The notes: generated by a model from the sequence alone, not told the origin. A DNA stretch of 64,000 bases from a virus (IMGVR_UViG_3300033741_000108:1-64000); one strand, 5' to 3'. Shown: positions 20,897 through 32,406, numbered from the stretch's first letter. A program made the numbers and translations.

Positions 20897-21340
20897 ATGA
20901 GTAAAGAGATAAAATTTGAAGATGTATATGAATATATAAGAACTGATTTATTTGAATATGGTGATACACCACTACCAAGATGGTTAGTGATGAGATTAAA
21001 AGGATTAAGTAATGGTAAATTTGTTGCAAATAAGAAGGTAAAATCTAATGGTAAATATAGTTGGAAAGAAATATTGGTAACTTTTAAATTAAAGCAGAAT
21101 TATCTAAAGCATCTAATGAAGACTAATAAATTTAAAAATGAAAAGCACAAAATTAATTATATAATGGTAATAGTTGAGAGTGAAATAAATGATGTCGTAA
21201 GGGTATTAAAGAAAAAAGAAAAAACAAACTCAATTGCTAAAGAGCAAGCAAAGAAAGATATAATAAATGATGTCGAATCGAAGGAATATAAGAAGAAAAA
21301 TGATAAGGAATTATCAGATAAACAAAAAGAGCTTTGGTAA
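20897..21340 (+). CDS. Hypothetical replication-module protein
   Basis: Directly upstream of the helicase; YIMVIVESEINDV motif. Confidence 0.6.
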   Translation: MSKEIKFEDVYEYIRTDLFEYGDTPLPRWLVMRLKGLSNGKFVANKKVKSNGKYSWKEILVTFKLKQNYLKHLMKTNKFKNEKHKINYIMVIVESEINDVVRVLKKKEKTNSIAKEQAKKDIINDVESKEYKKKNDKELSDKQKELW

Positions 21341-21343
21341 GGG

Positions 21344-22789
21344 GTGGTAGATTTGAGCTATGTTAATGATATAAAAGGGTATAAAAAAGAAGCTGAGGCA
21401 AATGTTATAGGTTGTTTATATAAAGAACCAGATATGTATTATAATTATGAAGATTTAGAATTAGATGATTTTAGTAATAATATATGGAAAGTTTATTTTG
21501 CCATAGGCAAAGGATTAGTAAAAACAGAACAGAAAAAAGAGTTAGATGATATAGCAGTTGGTTTATATTTAGAAAAACACTTGAAATTAAAAGATAAATA
21601 CGATTCTTTTGGTGGATATCAAACTATACAAACATTAATAGATATAGTTAACATAAAGAATATGGATGGTTATGTAAAGGAAGTATATAAATGGAAAGTT
21701 GTATTAAATTTAATTAGGAATAAGTTCCCAGTAAAAGATAGAATGTCAGAAATAAAAGATATGACGCTAGAAGAATTATATAATGAATATGAAGTGATGC
21801 TTAACCATACATTTATAGACGTAGAGACTACTGTAAAAGGTTATGATATAACTCATAATTTAGAAAACAATATTAAAGAATGGGATGAAGGGTTAGCTGT
21901 TGGATTACCTCTGACTGGATGTCCACTGATTAATGAGAAAATAGGTGGTAACAGTGAAGGACATGTAACAATGCTTGGAGCTACATCTGGTACAGGTAAG
22001 ACAACTATTAGTTTACTTTGGAACTTACCATCTCATATACGAGAGAATGAAAGAATAGTTATAATTATTAATGAACAAGATTATACTGATTGGCAGAAAG
22101 AATTATTAACATGGATAATTAATAATAAATTTCATTTTGACTTTAAAAAGACTAGGCTTAGACAAGGTGGTTTTAGTAAAGAGGAAGTAGATGTATTAAA
22201 TAGAGCTTCTAGATATATGAAAGAGGAAATGTTAGATAAGAATATTACTATTGTTCCATTACCATCTTATTCATCTGACATAGTAGTTAAGTTAATACGC
22301 AAATACAAGGCATTAGGTGTTAATTATTTTATGTTAGATACTATGAAGCCAGACTATAGCAAAACTGGTAACCAATCGTGGTTGCAAATGATGGAAGATA
22401 GTGTTAAAATATATGACGCAATTAAACCAAAGGGTAAAAATGTTCATATGTGGATCACATTACAATTAACAAAGTCTTCTAATAGATTAAATTATCTTGA
22501 ACAAGGCAATATAGGTGTGTCAAAGAACGTTGCTGATATAGCAAGTACATTAATGTTAATGAGACAAATGAGAATAGATGAATATGACACATTAAAGGTG
22601 TGGAAATATGAAGGTAAAAATCATAACACAGAAGTTCCAGTTCATTTACACAAAGATAGGAAATATTTAATCATATTCTTTGATAAGAATAGGTTTGGAG
22701 ACTCTAAAACATATCAAATGGTAATTGAAATAGATTATGCTAGAAATAAAACAAAAGAAATAGGATATTGTAGTATTATTATGGATTAG
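21344..22789 (+). CDS. dnaB: Replicative DNA helicase, DnaB-like
   Basis: EANVIGCLY N-domain; Walker A GATSGTGKT; LDTMK; TLQL; KNRFG. Confidence 0.88.
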   Translation: MVDLSYVNDIKGYKKEAEANVIGCLYKEPDMYYNYEDLELDDFSNNIWKVYFAIGKGLVKTEQKKELDDIAVGLYLEKHLKLKDKYDSFGGYQTIQTLIDIVNIKNMDGYVKEVYKWKVVLNLIRNKFPVKDRMSEIKDMTLEELYNEYEVMLNHTFIDVETTVKGYDITHNLENNIKEWDEGLAVGLPLTGCPLINEKIGGNSEGHVTMLGATSGTGKTTISLLWNLPSHIRENERIVIIINEQDYTDWQKELLTWIINNKFHFDFKKTRLRQGGFSKEEVDVLNRASRYMKEEMLDKNITIVPLPSYSSDIVVKLIRKYKALGVNYFMLDTMKPDYSKTGNQSWLQMMEDSVKIYDAIKPKGKNVHMWITLQLTKSSNRLNYLEQGNIGVSKNVADIASTLMLMRQMRIDEYDTLKVWKYEGKNHNTEVPVHLHKDRKYLIIFFDKNRFGDSKTYQMVIEIDYARNKTKEIGYCSIIMD

Positions 22790-22800
22790 TGGAGGTAATT

Positions 22801-23826
22801 ATGAATGCTTATGAATTAAAACAATATATTATAAATAATGACCTCACTGATGTTGTAATTGAAAAATTAGGCTTTCATAAAATTAAAGACTATGGACATG
22901 AGTATAGATGTGCATTGCCAGACGACACTGATTCATCACAAGTAGTAGTTAAAAAGGATAACTTATATTGTATTATATATAGAACTAATGATGCATTTAA
23001 AGGTGACATAATTGATTTAATTATTGAGATTAAAAATGTAGATTTTATAAAATCAATATTAATATTACATGATATAATTGGTATAGAGTATGAATTTAAT
23101 AAAAAGAGTAATAGTAAAAATAAAAAAGACCATTTATCATTAATGAAATCTATTAGAAGCAAAAGTAGACAATACGATTATGAAGATAAGACATACGACA
23201 TGTCGATATTAGATAATTATATATCACATCCAACTTACTATCTACTAAAAGAGCAAGGTATAGGTGTAAAAGCACAGGAGTATTTCAGTATCCACTACGA
23301 TTCATTTAGAGAACGTGTGCTATATCCATACTTTGATACAGATAATAATAATATGCTAAGTGGGATAATGGGTAGAACTACTATTAAAGGTTTTGAGAGT
23401 CTTGGACTGCCTAAATATTTTCCTATTGCTAAGGTAAGTAAGAAAAGTGCATTGTTTGGTATGATGCAAAATAGAAGAGATATCAATGCAACTGGTAAAG
23501 TATTAATATTTGAAGCCGAAAATAGTGTATTGAAATCATGGCAAATGGGATATAAATACTCATTAGCGTTAGGTCACCATGAGATAACAAATGAACATAT
23601 CAAAAAGTTGTTATCATTAAATATAAGTGAAGTCATAATAGCATTTGATAAAGATATCAGTGAGGAATTTTTAAAAGAGACTGCTAAAAAACTTAATAAA
23701 TACTTCAACGTCAGTTATATTAAAGACGAGTATGATTTATTAGGTAAAAAAGACAGTCCTGTAGACAAGGGTTATAAAGTATTTAACTTTTTATATAAAC
23801 ATAGAGTGAATTATAAAGGAGAATAA
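22801..23826 (+). CDS. dnaG: DNA primase, DnaG-like (Toprim)
   Basis: RVLYP..GIMGR, PKY, LFG, FEAENSV, IIAFDKD, KDSPVDKG. Confidence 0.85.
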   Translation: MNAYELKQYIINNDLTDVVIEKLGFHKIKDYGHEYRCALPDDTDSSQVVVKKDNLYCIIYRTNDAFKGDIIDLIIEIKNVDFIKSILILHDIIGIEYEFNKKSNSKNKKDHLSLMKSIRSKSRQYDYEDKTYDMSILDNYISHPTYYLLKEQGIGVKAQEYFSIHYDSFRERVLYPYFDTDNNNMLSGIMGRTTIKGFESLGLPKYFPIAKVSKKSALFGMMQNRRDINATGKVLIFEAENSVLKSWQMGYKYSLALGHHEITNEHIKKLLSLNISEVIIAFDKDISEEFLKETAKKLNKYFNVSYIKDEYDLLGKKDSPVDKGYKVFNFLYKHRVNYKGE

Positions 23827-23827
23827 T

Positions 23828-25201
23828 ATGAATGATAGATTAATTAATTTAGATGATTTAAGAAATGTAAGTGGTATAGGTAAAAAAACATTTGAAACGA
23901 TCGAAGAAGAAGTTGAAATTATTGATAATGGAGAAGATGATGTTGAATTAGTAAATGAGGATTTTCATTTAGTAATGCCAAGAGCAATATTACAATTTAT
24001 GCATGATAGATGGTATGAATATTTAAAAGAAAAGCATAGTGTTAGTAGACTATGGTCATATTCAAGAATGTCTACATTCACAAACTCTAAATATGAATAT
24101 TATCTTAAATATATTAAACATGCCAATCCAGATAAAACAGGTGTATATTTAGTTATTGGTTCTAGTGTACATGATTTATTAGAGAAATATTATATTGAGA
24201 ATTGGAGTATTGATAAATTTAAACAAGAATGGATTGATGCATTAGACCAAATTGATATATTAGATTTAAGATTTCATGGTGATGATGAAAAAAATGATAA
24301 ACGCAAAGGTAAATATATAAAACAAGTTAAACATTATGGTAAGAATTTCATACCAGAAACTGGTAATATTATTCCAGAATTACCAATCGAATTAGTATTA
24401 GATGTAGACGGTGAGAAAGAAGTATTTGTAGGTTTTATTGACTTAATAAAAGTAGAAGAAATTGATGGCAAAGTGCACTATACTATAAGGGATTATAAGA
24501 CATCAACTAAATTTAGTGGTAAGAAAATGAGAGAGAACGCAAAGCAGTTATACTTATATACGCAAGCTATCATGGATATGTATGATGTACCAGTAGAGCA
24601 AGTGCATATTGATTATGACTTCCTAAAATATGTTAATATAACATTTAGACAAAAGAATGGTAAGATTAAAACAACTCAATCATCTAGACACCAAGTTGTA
24701 AACAAAATCGCTAATGATGCAACTAGACGTATGATTAATGACTTTGATTATGATATTGACGAAACGGATAAAATTATGAGTGAATGTTATAATGATAATA
24801 GTTTTGATCCGTTGCCAGATGAAATTAGAGAGATTTATAGTATTTCTAATGGAATTGTTAAAGTTCCCCTTGACAAAGAGATATTATCTGATACAATAGA
24901 GGAAGTAAGAGATATTATTAGAGAGATTAAACTACATGAAAAGGAATATGTTAGATTAAAATCAGAAGGTAGCAGTGAGAATGAATTAGAAATGGTATTT
25001 TGGGATGACCCCGAAGATGTTGCAAATAATATATTTTATTTTAGTGTATTATGTAGTTACTATAAGAAACATAAGCCATGGATTAAATATCAGCAAGAAC
25101 AAAAGATGTTTTTAGATGAAAGTGGAAAAGATGGTAATAATGGAAACCTAGATCTAGATTTAGATTTAGACGATATTTTAAATGAATTAAATGAATTATA
25201 A
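23828..25201 (+). CDS. PD-(D/E)XK nuclease with N-terminal helix-hairpin-helix
   Basis: LRNVSGIGKKT (HhH); WSYSRM, GSSVHDLLE, GFIDLI, IRDYKTS, QLYLY. Confidence 0.8.
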   Translation: MNDRLINLDDLRNVSGIGKKTFETIEEEVEIIDNGEDDVELVNEDFHLVMPRAILQFMHDRWYEYLKEKHSVSRLWSYSRMSTFTNSKYEYYLKYIKHANPDKTGVYLVIGSSVHDLLEKYYIENWSIDKFKQEWIDALDQIDILDLRFHGDDEKNDKRKGKYIKQVKHYGKNFIPETGNIIPELPIELVLDVDGEKEVFVGFIDLIKVEEIDGKVHYTIRDYKTSTKFSGKKMRENAKQLYLYTQAIMDMYDVPVEQVHIDYDFLKYVNITFRQKNGKIKTTQSSRHQVVNKIANDATRRMINDFDYDIDETDKIMSECYNDNSFDPLPDEIREIYSISNGIVKVPLDKEILSDTIEEVRDIIREIKLHEKEYVRLKSEGSSENELEMVFWDDPEDVANNIFYFSVLCSYYKKHKPWIKYQQEQKMFLDESGKDGNNGNLDLDLDLDDILNELNEL

Positions 25202-25213
25202 GAGGGGAGTAAT

Positions 25214-26341
25214 ATGGGTAATTATATACCAAGTGACTATAAATCAAAATCTGGTTACAAATTAAAACCCAAACGTGTATTTAATAAATCTACTAATATG
25301 TGGAATTATGAAATTATAGATTCCTTATATGGGAGGTCGGGACTAACAGGTAAAAACAACCAGTCCCTTGCTTTTGATATATTGGGTGTTTGTGGTATAA
25401 CAGATGATGGGACTAGAATTTATTGTATAGAGTTTAGGAAGACTAAATATCAAAAGGCAACAGTCGTATTAGGGGGTGTTGGTAATTGCCCAATAACTGA
25501 TAGATTTAATAGGAATATATGTGGAGTAGCTTGTATTGGAAATGTATTGTGGAGTGAGCATGATATATTATATCAAACTTGGAGTAAAATGATAAGTAGA
25601 AACTATAAGGAAAACACAGATGTCTATGATTTATATAAAAATGTTGGCGTATGTGATAGGTGGTTAATATACGAAAATTTTAAAAAAGATGCTGTAAAAA
25701 TAGATGGTTACAATTCAAACCTTATATCAAGTGGAAAAGTAGTATTGGACAAAGATATTGGATCGTACAACTCTGGGATATATGAATATAATTTAAATAA
25801 TTGTAAATTTATAAATAAGAAATTAAATAATAAATTACAATTAAAACATCAAAACTTCATGAGATTTTATTATTCAGATGATATAAACTTTGTACACTAT
25901 AATATGACAGAAGTTTATACTGTATTGAATTTTGATTACAATAGAATGAGGTGGACGTTACAAGGAAAACAAGACAATTATAAAGGTTGGAAAATTGAAT
26001 ATTATTATCCAGATAAAATATCTGTAAAATACTTAAATGATTTAGATAATGATTTGAAACTTATAAAAAACAAATTAGTATTTACAAAATTTAAACACAA
26101 ACAAAAATTTAAGGCTATTAAAGATGGAAAAGTTTATTATCATCATAGTAAAAATAAATTTGCTAAATTAATGGGTATTTATGGCAAATTTATATATGAT
26201 TATATAAAAGGTGATATTGATAATTATAAGGGTTGGCATTTTGAAAATATAGACAATTTACCAAAAGATATATCTGGATTAAAATATTTAGAGTATTTAA
26301 AAACACAATATGGAGTTGATATAGATGAGCAAATATTATAA
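25214..26341 (+). CDS. Putative HNH-type homing endonuclease
   Basis: CGVACIG, WSKMISRNY, VCDRWLIYENF, LDKDI..YNLNNCKFI; two C-terminal NUMOD1-like YKGW repeats. Confidence 0.65.
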   Translation: MGNYIPSDYKSKSGYKLKPKRVFNKSTNMWNYEIIDSLYGRSGLTGKNNQSLAFDILGVCGITDDGTRIYCIEFRKTKYQKATVVLGGVGNCPITDRFNRNICGVACIGNVLWSEHDILYQTWSKMISRNYKENTDVYDLYKNVGVCDRWLIYENFKKDAVKIDGYNSNLISSGKVVLDKDIGSYNSGIYEYNLNNCKFINKKLNNKLQLKHQNFMRFYYSDDINFVHYNMTEVYTVLNFDYNRMRWTLQGKQDNYKGWKIEYYYPDKISVKYLNDLDNDLKLIKNKLVFTKFKHKQKFKAIKDGKVYYHHSKNKFAKLMGIYGKFIYDYIKGDIDNYKGWHFENIDNLPKDISGLKYLEYLKTQYGVDIDEQIL

Positions 26342-29300
26342 TTACCATAAGCACGATGACTACAGTAATATTCGTACGCCAGACGTGGCGATACAATTTA
26401 AAAATTATATAGACAGAGCTATTGAGCTTGGTCACGATGCAGTATTCACAACCAATCATGGCACAAGTACAGATGTATTCTATGCTTATGACAAATGTAA
26501 AAATAATAATTTAAAAATGATATTTGGAATTGAGGCATATATAGCGAAAGATGTTAAAGAGAAAGTAAGGGGTAACCACATAGTGTTAATAGCTCTAAAT
26601 CATGATGGTTATAGATCTATTAATAAAATTAATTCCAGAGCTAATACAGATGGATTTTATTATCACCCTAGAGTACAATTAGACTGGCTCTTAGAATTAA
26701 ATCCAAAAGATGTAGTAGTTACCAGTGCATGTACCAATAGTGTATTAAAGATAGAGGGCTCATTAGAATTGCTACATGAACATTTTGGTGATCATTTCCT
26801 ATTAGAAATACAGAGTCACAATGAAGAAATGCAAAGAGATTGGAATAATAAAATATTAGATATTCATAATAAATATGGAATAAAATTAATACATGGGAAT
26901 GACTCTCATTATATTTATGAAAGCGGAGTACTAGGGAAAGAAGGTAGAACAATATTCCTAAATAGTAAAGGTATGTCATATGGCGATGAAGATAATTTTA
27001 TGTTAGATTATCCAGAGTATGATACTATACTAAATAGATATAATAAACAAGGTATTATACCTATGAAGTTAGCTAAAGAAGCTATAGATAACACATTGAT
27101 ATTTGAACAAGCAGAAGACTTAAACTTTAAAAAGAATATAAAGATGCCAACTATTTATCCAGATTTAACTTATGAGGAAAGGTTTGGAAAGTTAAAAGAC
27201 ATAGTAATAAAGCAATGGAATAAAGAAAAAGTTGAATTAAGTAAATATAATTTAACAAAGAAACAATTTGATAAATATACAACAGCAATATATAATGAAA
27301 TGAAAGTAGTAAAGGAGACAAATGAAGAGGTTCACACATCTGATTATTTCCTATTTAATTATGAAGCAGTCAAGTTGGCAACTGAGAAATATGGTGGTAA
27401 GTTATCATACTCGGGAAGAGGGTCAAGTGTATCGTTCTATACCAATTATTTATTAAACTTTACTAAAATAGATAGAATTTTTGCACAGGAAGATGTTCCA
27501 ATTTACCCATCAAGGTTTATATCTAAGACAAGATTACTAGAAACAAGAAGTATCCCAGACATAGATCTTAATACAACTGGAGCTGAGCCATTCTATAAAG
27601 CATCTATGGATTTATTAGGCGAGAATCACGTTTTTCCAATGGTGGTATTTGGGAGGTTGCAGTCAAAAGGGGCATTCAGAATGCTTTGTAGAGCAAAAAA
27701 TATAGAAATGTCAGAATATAATAAATTTGCTAAATCAATTGGTGACGTAGGTGAGTCAGAGCTATTAAATGATAAGACATTTGGGGGTATATATAAAGAA
27801 AGTCAAGCATTTGTTGGACTTATTCAGACAAGCTCAATTCATTCCTGTTCTTACTTAATATATGATGAACCGATTGATGAAGAGATCGGGCTTACTAGAA
27901 GTGGAGATAATATTGTATGTAACATAACATCTAAACAGTCTGATATATGGAAATTTTTAAAAGAAGACTTTTTACAAACTGATGATATTAGAATACTTGA
28001 TAAAGTTGAGAAATTAGCTGATATAGAAACTCCTAATATTAGAGATTTATTAGACAAATTAGATGATAAAACTTGGAAACTTTATGAAGATGGAATAACT
28101 GCTACTTTAAATCAAACAGCTACTGATTACAGTACTAATTTAGTTATGAAATATAAACCTAAAAATTACGCAGAATTAACATCATTTGTTAGTGCTATTC
28201 GACCAAGTTTTAGTTCGTTGTTAAATGGATATTTAAATAGGATAGATTATTCTAGTGGTATAGATGAATTAGATAGTCTATTTAAAATTACTAATGGATA
28301 TATATTATACCAAGAAAATGTAATGCAGTTCTTAATACACTTAGGAGTTGAAGAAGACGAAGCTTATTCAATATTAAAACGAATAGCTAAAAAAGATGAA
28401 ACATTGACAGATTATTTAAACGAATTAGAGGAGAGTTTATATGATGAATGGTGTAATAAAGGTTATAATAAGAATAAATTTAAAGATGCTTGGGATGTAG
28501 TATTAAACTCGGTTGGATATGGGTTAATTAATAGCCCCTTATAATTATATAAGAAAACTCAATGAACCCTATTACTCAGGGGTGTATCATTTTTATGATG
28601 CTAACAGGGAAACCTAAACGTAAAGACGTAGGCAATCCTGTGCTAAGCCTAAGAAATTTAGGAAAGTGCAACGACTAATTGTACGGTGGATGACGAGTTG
28701 CCATTGGAAGCGTTGAGTACTACTAATGTAGTAATGATATAGTCTATGCCAATAGAAATATTGGATTTTATGTTAATGCCAGCCATGCACTATCTACAGC
28801 CATTATTAGCCTTTATCAAGCGTATTATAAGGCTCACAATCCACTAGAATATTATTCTGTAATACTTGAAATGTATCAAGGTGAATTAGAAAAAACTACA
28901 CAGATAACAAGTGAATTACCATATTTTGATATAACTGTTTATCCTATACAATATGGCAAATCAAAAGGTCAATATTTCATGGACAAGGCTAACAACTCTA
29001 TATACAAAGGAATTGGCTCAATCAAATATCTCAATACACAAGTTGGCAACGAACTCTACACCTTATCACAACAAACTAACCATAAGTCATTCATAAATTT
29101 ACTATATGATATAGAAGATACATCAGTAAATTCAAGACAATTAGAAATACTAATCAGACTAGATTATTTCAGCCAATTTGGTAATGATAAAAAACTATTA
29201 GTACTATATAAATACTTTAGCAATTTAAATTCAAGAAAACAGTTGAATAAAGAATCAAATCGTGATATAATATCATTAATAGAAAAAGTTGGTGTAACAG

Positions 29301-29734
29301 AAACATTTATAGCTGATAATTCATCACAAACTAAAAAACTCTATAAAGATATAAACTTTAAAGAAATACTATTAAAGATTGAAACAAATATTCCAAACTT
29401 ATCATTTGGGATCAAAGAAAGGCTAGATGCACAATTAGATTATTTAACATATATCAATAAACAATACGATGTTGATAATAGATTATGGTATGTGATAGAT
29501 ATAGCAGATTACAAAAACCCATATGTTAAACTACACAATATTAGAACTGGTGATGAGAAATCTCTAAAGTTATTTAAATATGATATAGATAAAAATGTTC
29601 GTAGACCTGTTCCAAAGGATATAATAATGGTTGATAAAGCAGTATGGCAACGCAAGAATAAAAAGGTTAATGGTGAATGGGTTAAATCAAAAGACAAGCA
29701 ATTAGTGTTAAAGAAGTATAATATAATAGGATAG
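26325..29734 (+). CDS. dnaE: DNA polymerase III alpha subunit in two exons (26325-28524, 28773-29734; 1053 aa spliced)
   Basis: PHP domain (YHKHDDYS, NDSH), GRGSS, PDIDLN, KEDFL, LYQE; splicing restores YGFNASHA. Confidence 0.92.
28525..28772 (+). ncRNA. Group I intron (ORF-less, 248 nt) in dnaE
   Basis: Exon ends U (28524), intron ends G (28772); P1 GGGU/GCCC; P10 AUUAA/UUAAU; core AACAGGGAA, AAUCCUGUG, GCAACGACUA, GAUAUAGUCU. Confidence 0.9.
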
Positions 29735-29742
29735 GTGATTGT

Positions 29743-32001
29743 ATGGCAAAAATAAGGTGTGTTCCAACACATAAAATATGGAAAGATGACAATAATGAAT
29801 TTAAGATATATGCTATTGATGTTAAAGAATCAAATGTTGAATTAGAATTCAACAAGTATGGTAATATAACAGTTAGTGGTGTATGCTCTGATTTTGATAT
29901 AGGTGAGGAATACACATTAACTGTAACTAAATCAGAAAGTGGTAAATACAAAGGTTCATATGAATTAAGAAGTATAAAACGCCTATTACCTATTAACAGA
30001 GAGGACAAATTTACATTTCTATCATTCATAATATCTGATAAGCAATCTAATGAGTTATTGGATACTTATCCAGATATTATTCAAATGATTATTGATGATA
30101 ATACAGAGACAATAGATGTTAATAAACTATATGGTATAGGTGATGTTACATTAGAAAAAATTGTAGATAAAGTAAATGACAATTTTGTATTAATTGATTT
30201 AGTATCTAAATTTTCACACTATGGCTTAACTCATAGAGAAATTAAAAGGTTACACGCTAAATATAAGAACACTGAAAAACTAATATTCAAAATGGAAAAT
30301 GAACCATATCCAGTATTATGTAGTATTAGTGGTATAGGATTTAAGAAAGCTGATAAAAGAATACTAACGGGTAAACCAGAAATGAGAGACTCTAATCAGA
30401 GATTAATTGAAGCTATTAAATATATAATATTCAATAGTGATGGCGATAGTGCAATTACATTGAAGTCAATGTATAAAAAATTATCTGATTTAGATAATAG
30501 TTTAAGAATTATGATGAAAGATGTTGTGGATAATGATGATTATGAATTATTAGATGGTATTAAAGCGTATGGTGACGTAATAACAACTGATAGATTATTT
30601 GAGAAGGCTAAGTATATATTTATTAGACTTTTAAAATTATCCAAAGGCAAAAATATATTTAAATATGATGTTAATATAGAAGATTATAGAGTTGCAGATG
30701 GAATAAGTGTAACTGATGAGCAATTAAACATACTCAGTATAATGAATAAGAATAATTTTGGGATGCTAATTGGATCAGCTGGTTCTGGCAAAACTACTGC
30801 TATGAACACATTCCTTAACATGCTAGATGATAACAATGCAACATATAAACTGTGTGCGTACACAGGGGCAGCAAGTAAAGTATTGTCTAATCATACCAAT
30901 CGTCCAGCACAAACAATACACAGGTTATTAAAGTATAATCCAGAGAAAGGCTGGGGAGTAAATGAAACCAAGCCACTAACATGTGACTACTTATTAATTG
31001 ACGAAGTATCAATGGTGAGTTTAGATATGATGTACAGGGTTTTAAAGGGTGTAAATATAACTAGAACAAAGATAATATTTGTAGCTGACTCAGCACAAAT
31101 ACCAAGTATAGGGTTAGGTAATATATTACATGACTTAGTTCAATCTAAGCTATTCCCAGTCAATCAACTCACTAAAGTATTTAGATATGGTGGGGGTGGG
31201 CTAGATATGGTAGCTACTAAAGTAAGAAAAGGTGAATCATGGTTTGAAGATGATGTAAAAACACCTATGATATTTGGTGATGACCAAGACTTTGTATTCG
31301 TGCCATATAATAAATCAAAAGGTTTGAAGACATTATTAAAAACTTATAAATCTCTATTGAAAAAACACGATGTATCTGATATAATGGTTACAACAATATA
31401 TAATAAAGGTGAGTATGGAACAATTAGGGTTAATAAATTATTGCAAAAGATTTATAATCCACCTAGAGATGGCTTAAGTGAAATTGAGTTTGGTGATACA
31501 ACTTTTAGAGAAGGTGATAAGGTAATTAATATAGAGAATGATTATAAAGCTAAAATATTATTTGGCAAACCAGATAAAAATATGAGAGATTCTGACATTG
31601 AATTTAATACTGTAGGTAAAGACGAAGCTATATATAATGGTGATATAGGTGTTATAGAAAAAATAATGAAGGAACATGTTATAGTGCATGTTGATGAGAG
31701 ATATTATGTCTATACTAAGAGTAAGTTAAAAAAATTGAACTTGAGCTACATTCAATCAATCCACAAGTCGCAAGGGAGTGAGGCTAAATACGTGATTGTA
31801 TTTACACCATCAAATCAATCTTATCTCTTTACGAGGAATATATACTACGTTGCTATAACTAGAGGTCATGATAAAGTTATATCAATAGGTTCACCTAAAA
31901 CTATTAAACGTGGATTACACAAAGCAGAACAATTTAATAGAATGACTAATTTAAATAATATCATAAATGCATATAAAAATAAAGTTAACAACAGCAAGTA
32001 A
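29743..32001 (+). CDS. recD2: RecD2-like SF1B helicase
   Basis: GIGFKKAD HhH; GSAGSGKTT; IDEVSMV; QIPSIG; HKSQGSE; YVAITR. Confidence 0.9.
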   Translation: MAKIRCVPTHKIWKDDNNEFKIYAIDVKESNVELEFNKYGNITVSGVCSDFDIGEEYTLTVTKSESGKYKGSYELRSIKRLLPINREDKFTFLSFIISDKQSNELLDTYPDIIQMIIDDNTETIDVNKLYGIGDVTLEKIVDKVNDNFVLIDLVSKFSHYGLTHREIKRLHAKYKNTEKLIFKMENEPYPVLCSISGIGFKKADKRILTGKPEMRDSNQRLIEAIKYIIFNSDGDSAITLKSMYKKLSDLDNSLRIMMKDVVDNDDYELLDGIKAYGDVITTDRLFEKAKYIFIRLLKLSKGKNIFKYDVNIEDYRVADGISVTDEQLNILSIMNKNNFGMLIGSAGSGKTTAMNTFLNMLDDNNATYKLCAYTGAASKVLSNHTNRPAQTIHRLLKYNPEKGWGVNETKPLTCDYLLIDEVSMVSLDMMYRVLKGVNITRTKIIFVADSAQIPSIGLGNILHDLVQSKLFPVNQLTKVFRYGGGGLDMVATKVRKGESWFEDDVKTPMIFGDDQDFVFVPYNKSKGLKTLLKTYKSLLKKHDVSDIMVTTIYNKGEYGTIRVNKLLQKIYNPPRDGLSEIEFGDTTFREGDKVINIENDYKAKILFGKPDKNMRDSDIEFNTVGKDEAIYNGDIGVIEKIMKEHVIVHVDERYYVYTKSKLKKLNLSYIQSIHKSQGSEAKYVIVFTPSNQSYLFTRNIYYVAITRGHDKVISIGSPKTIKRGLHKAEQFNRMTNLNNIINAYKNKVNNSK
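31768..31834. repeat. Long imperfect inverted repeat inside recD2 (hairpin family member)
   Basis: TCGCAAGGGAGTGAGG / TCTTATCTCTTTACGA; TGAT/ATCA closes the 12 nt loop TGTATTTACACC. Confidence 0.5.
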
Positions 32002-32008
32002 TTAATTT

Positions 32009-32037
32009 TTGACAAACCATATATAGTATGATATAAT
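32009..32037 (+). promoter_or_regulatory. SigA-type promoter
   Basis: TTGACA-17-TATAAT with extended TG (perfect consensus). Confidence 0.8.
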
Positions 32038-32094
32038 GTAAAATACACGATAAAAATACTATATATGTTATTTTATGAATTAAAGGAGGATAAC

Positions 32095-32394
32095 ATGGAC
32101 TATGAGTCATTAAAGAAAAAATTTGAAGAATTCAAAAAAGGCGAAGTAATAATATCTATTCATGAAGATTATGAAGATGTATTTCTGGAATATTTAGAAG
32201 TAAATAATATAACTAAATTTTGGGTAGAAAAGAAAAGAGTTTATCTCAATTATAGAACGTCAACCTTAGCAATATCTGAGTTGAGAAATTCAGAAATGAG
32301 AAAAGTTAAAAAAATGATTAAAAAGAAAAAGCTTAGAATTTTAAAAGAAAAGAAAAAACAAATTGAAAAAGAGATATTGGAAATTAATAATTAA
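32095..32394 (+). CDS. Hypothetical protein
   Basis: AAGGAGG RBS before ATG 32095. Confidence 0.65.
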   Translation: MDYESLKKKFEEFKKGEVIISIHEDYEDVFLEYLEVNNITKFWVEKKRVYLNYRTSTLAISELRNSEMRKVKKMIKKKKLRILKEKKKQIEKEILEINN

Positions 32395-32406
32395 GGGGAG
32401 GATAAT

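Noticed and set aside
28544-28871. Naturally split or trans-spliced DnaE
   Set aside because: No intein motifs at the break; a group I intron explains it
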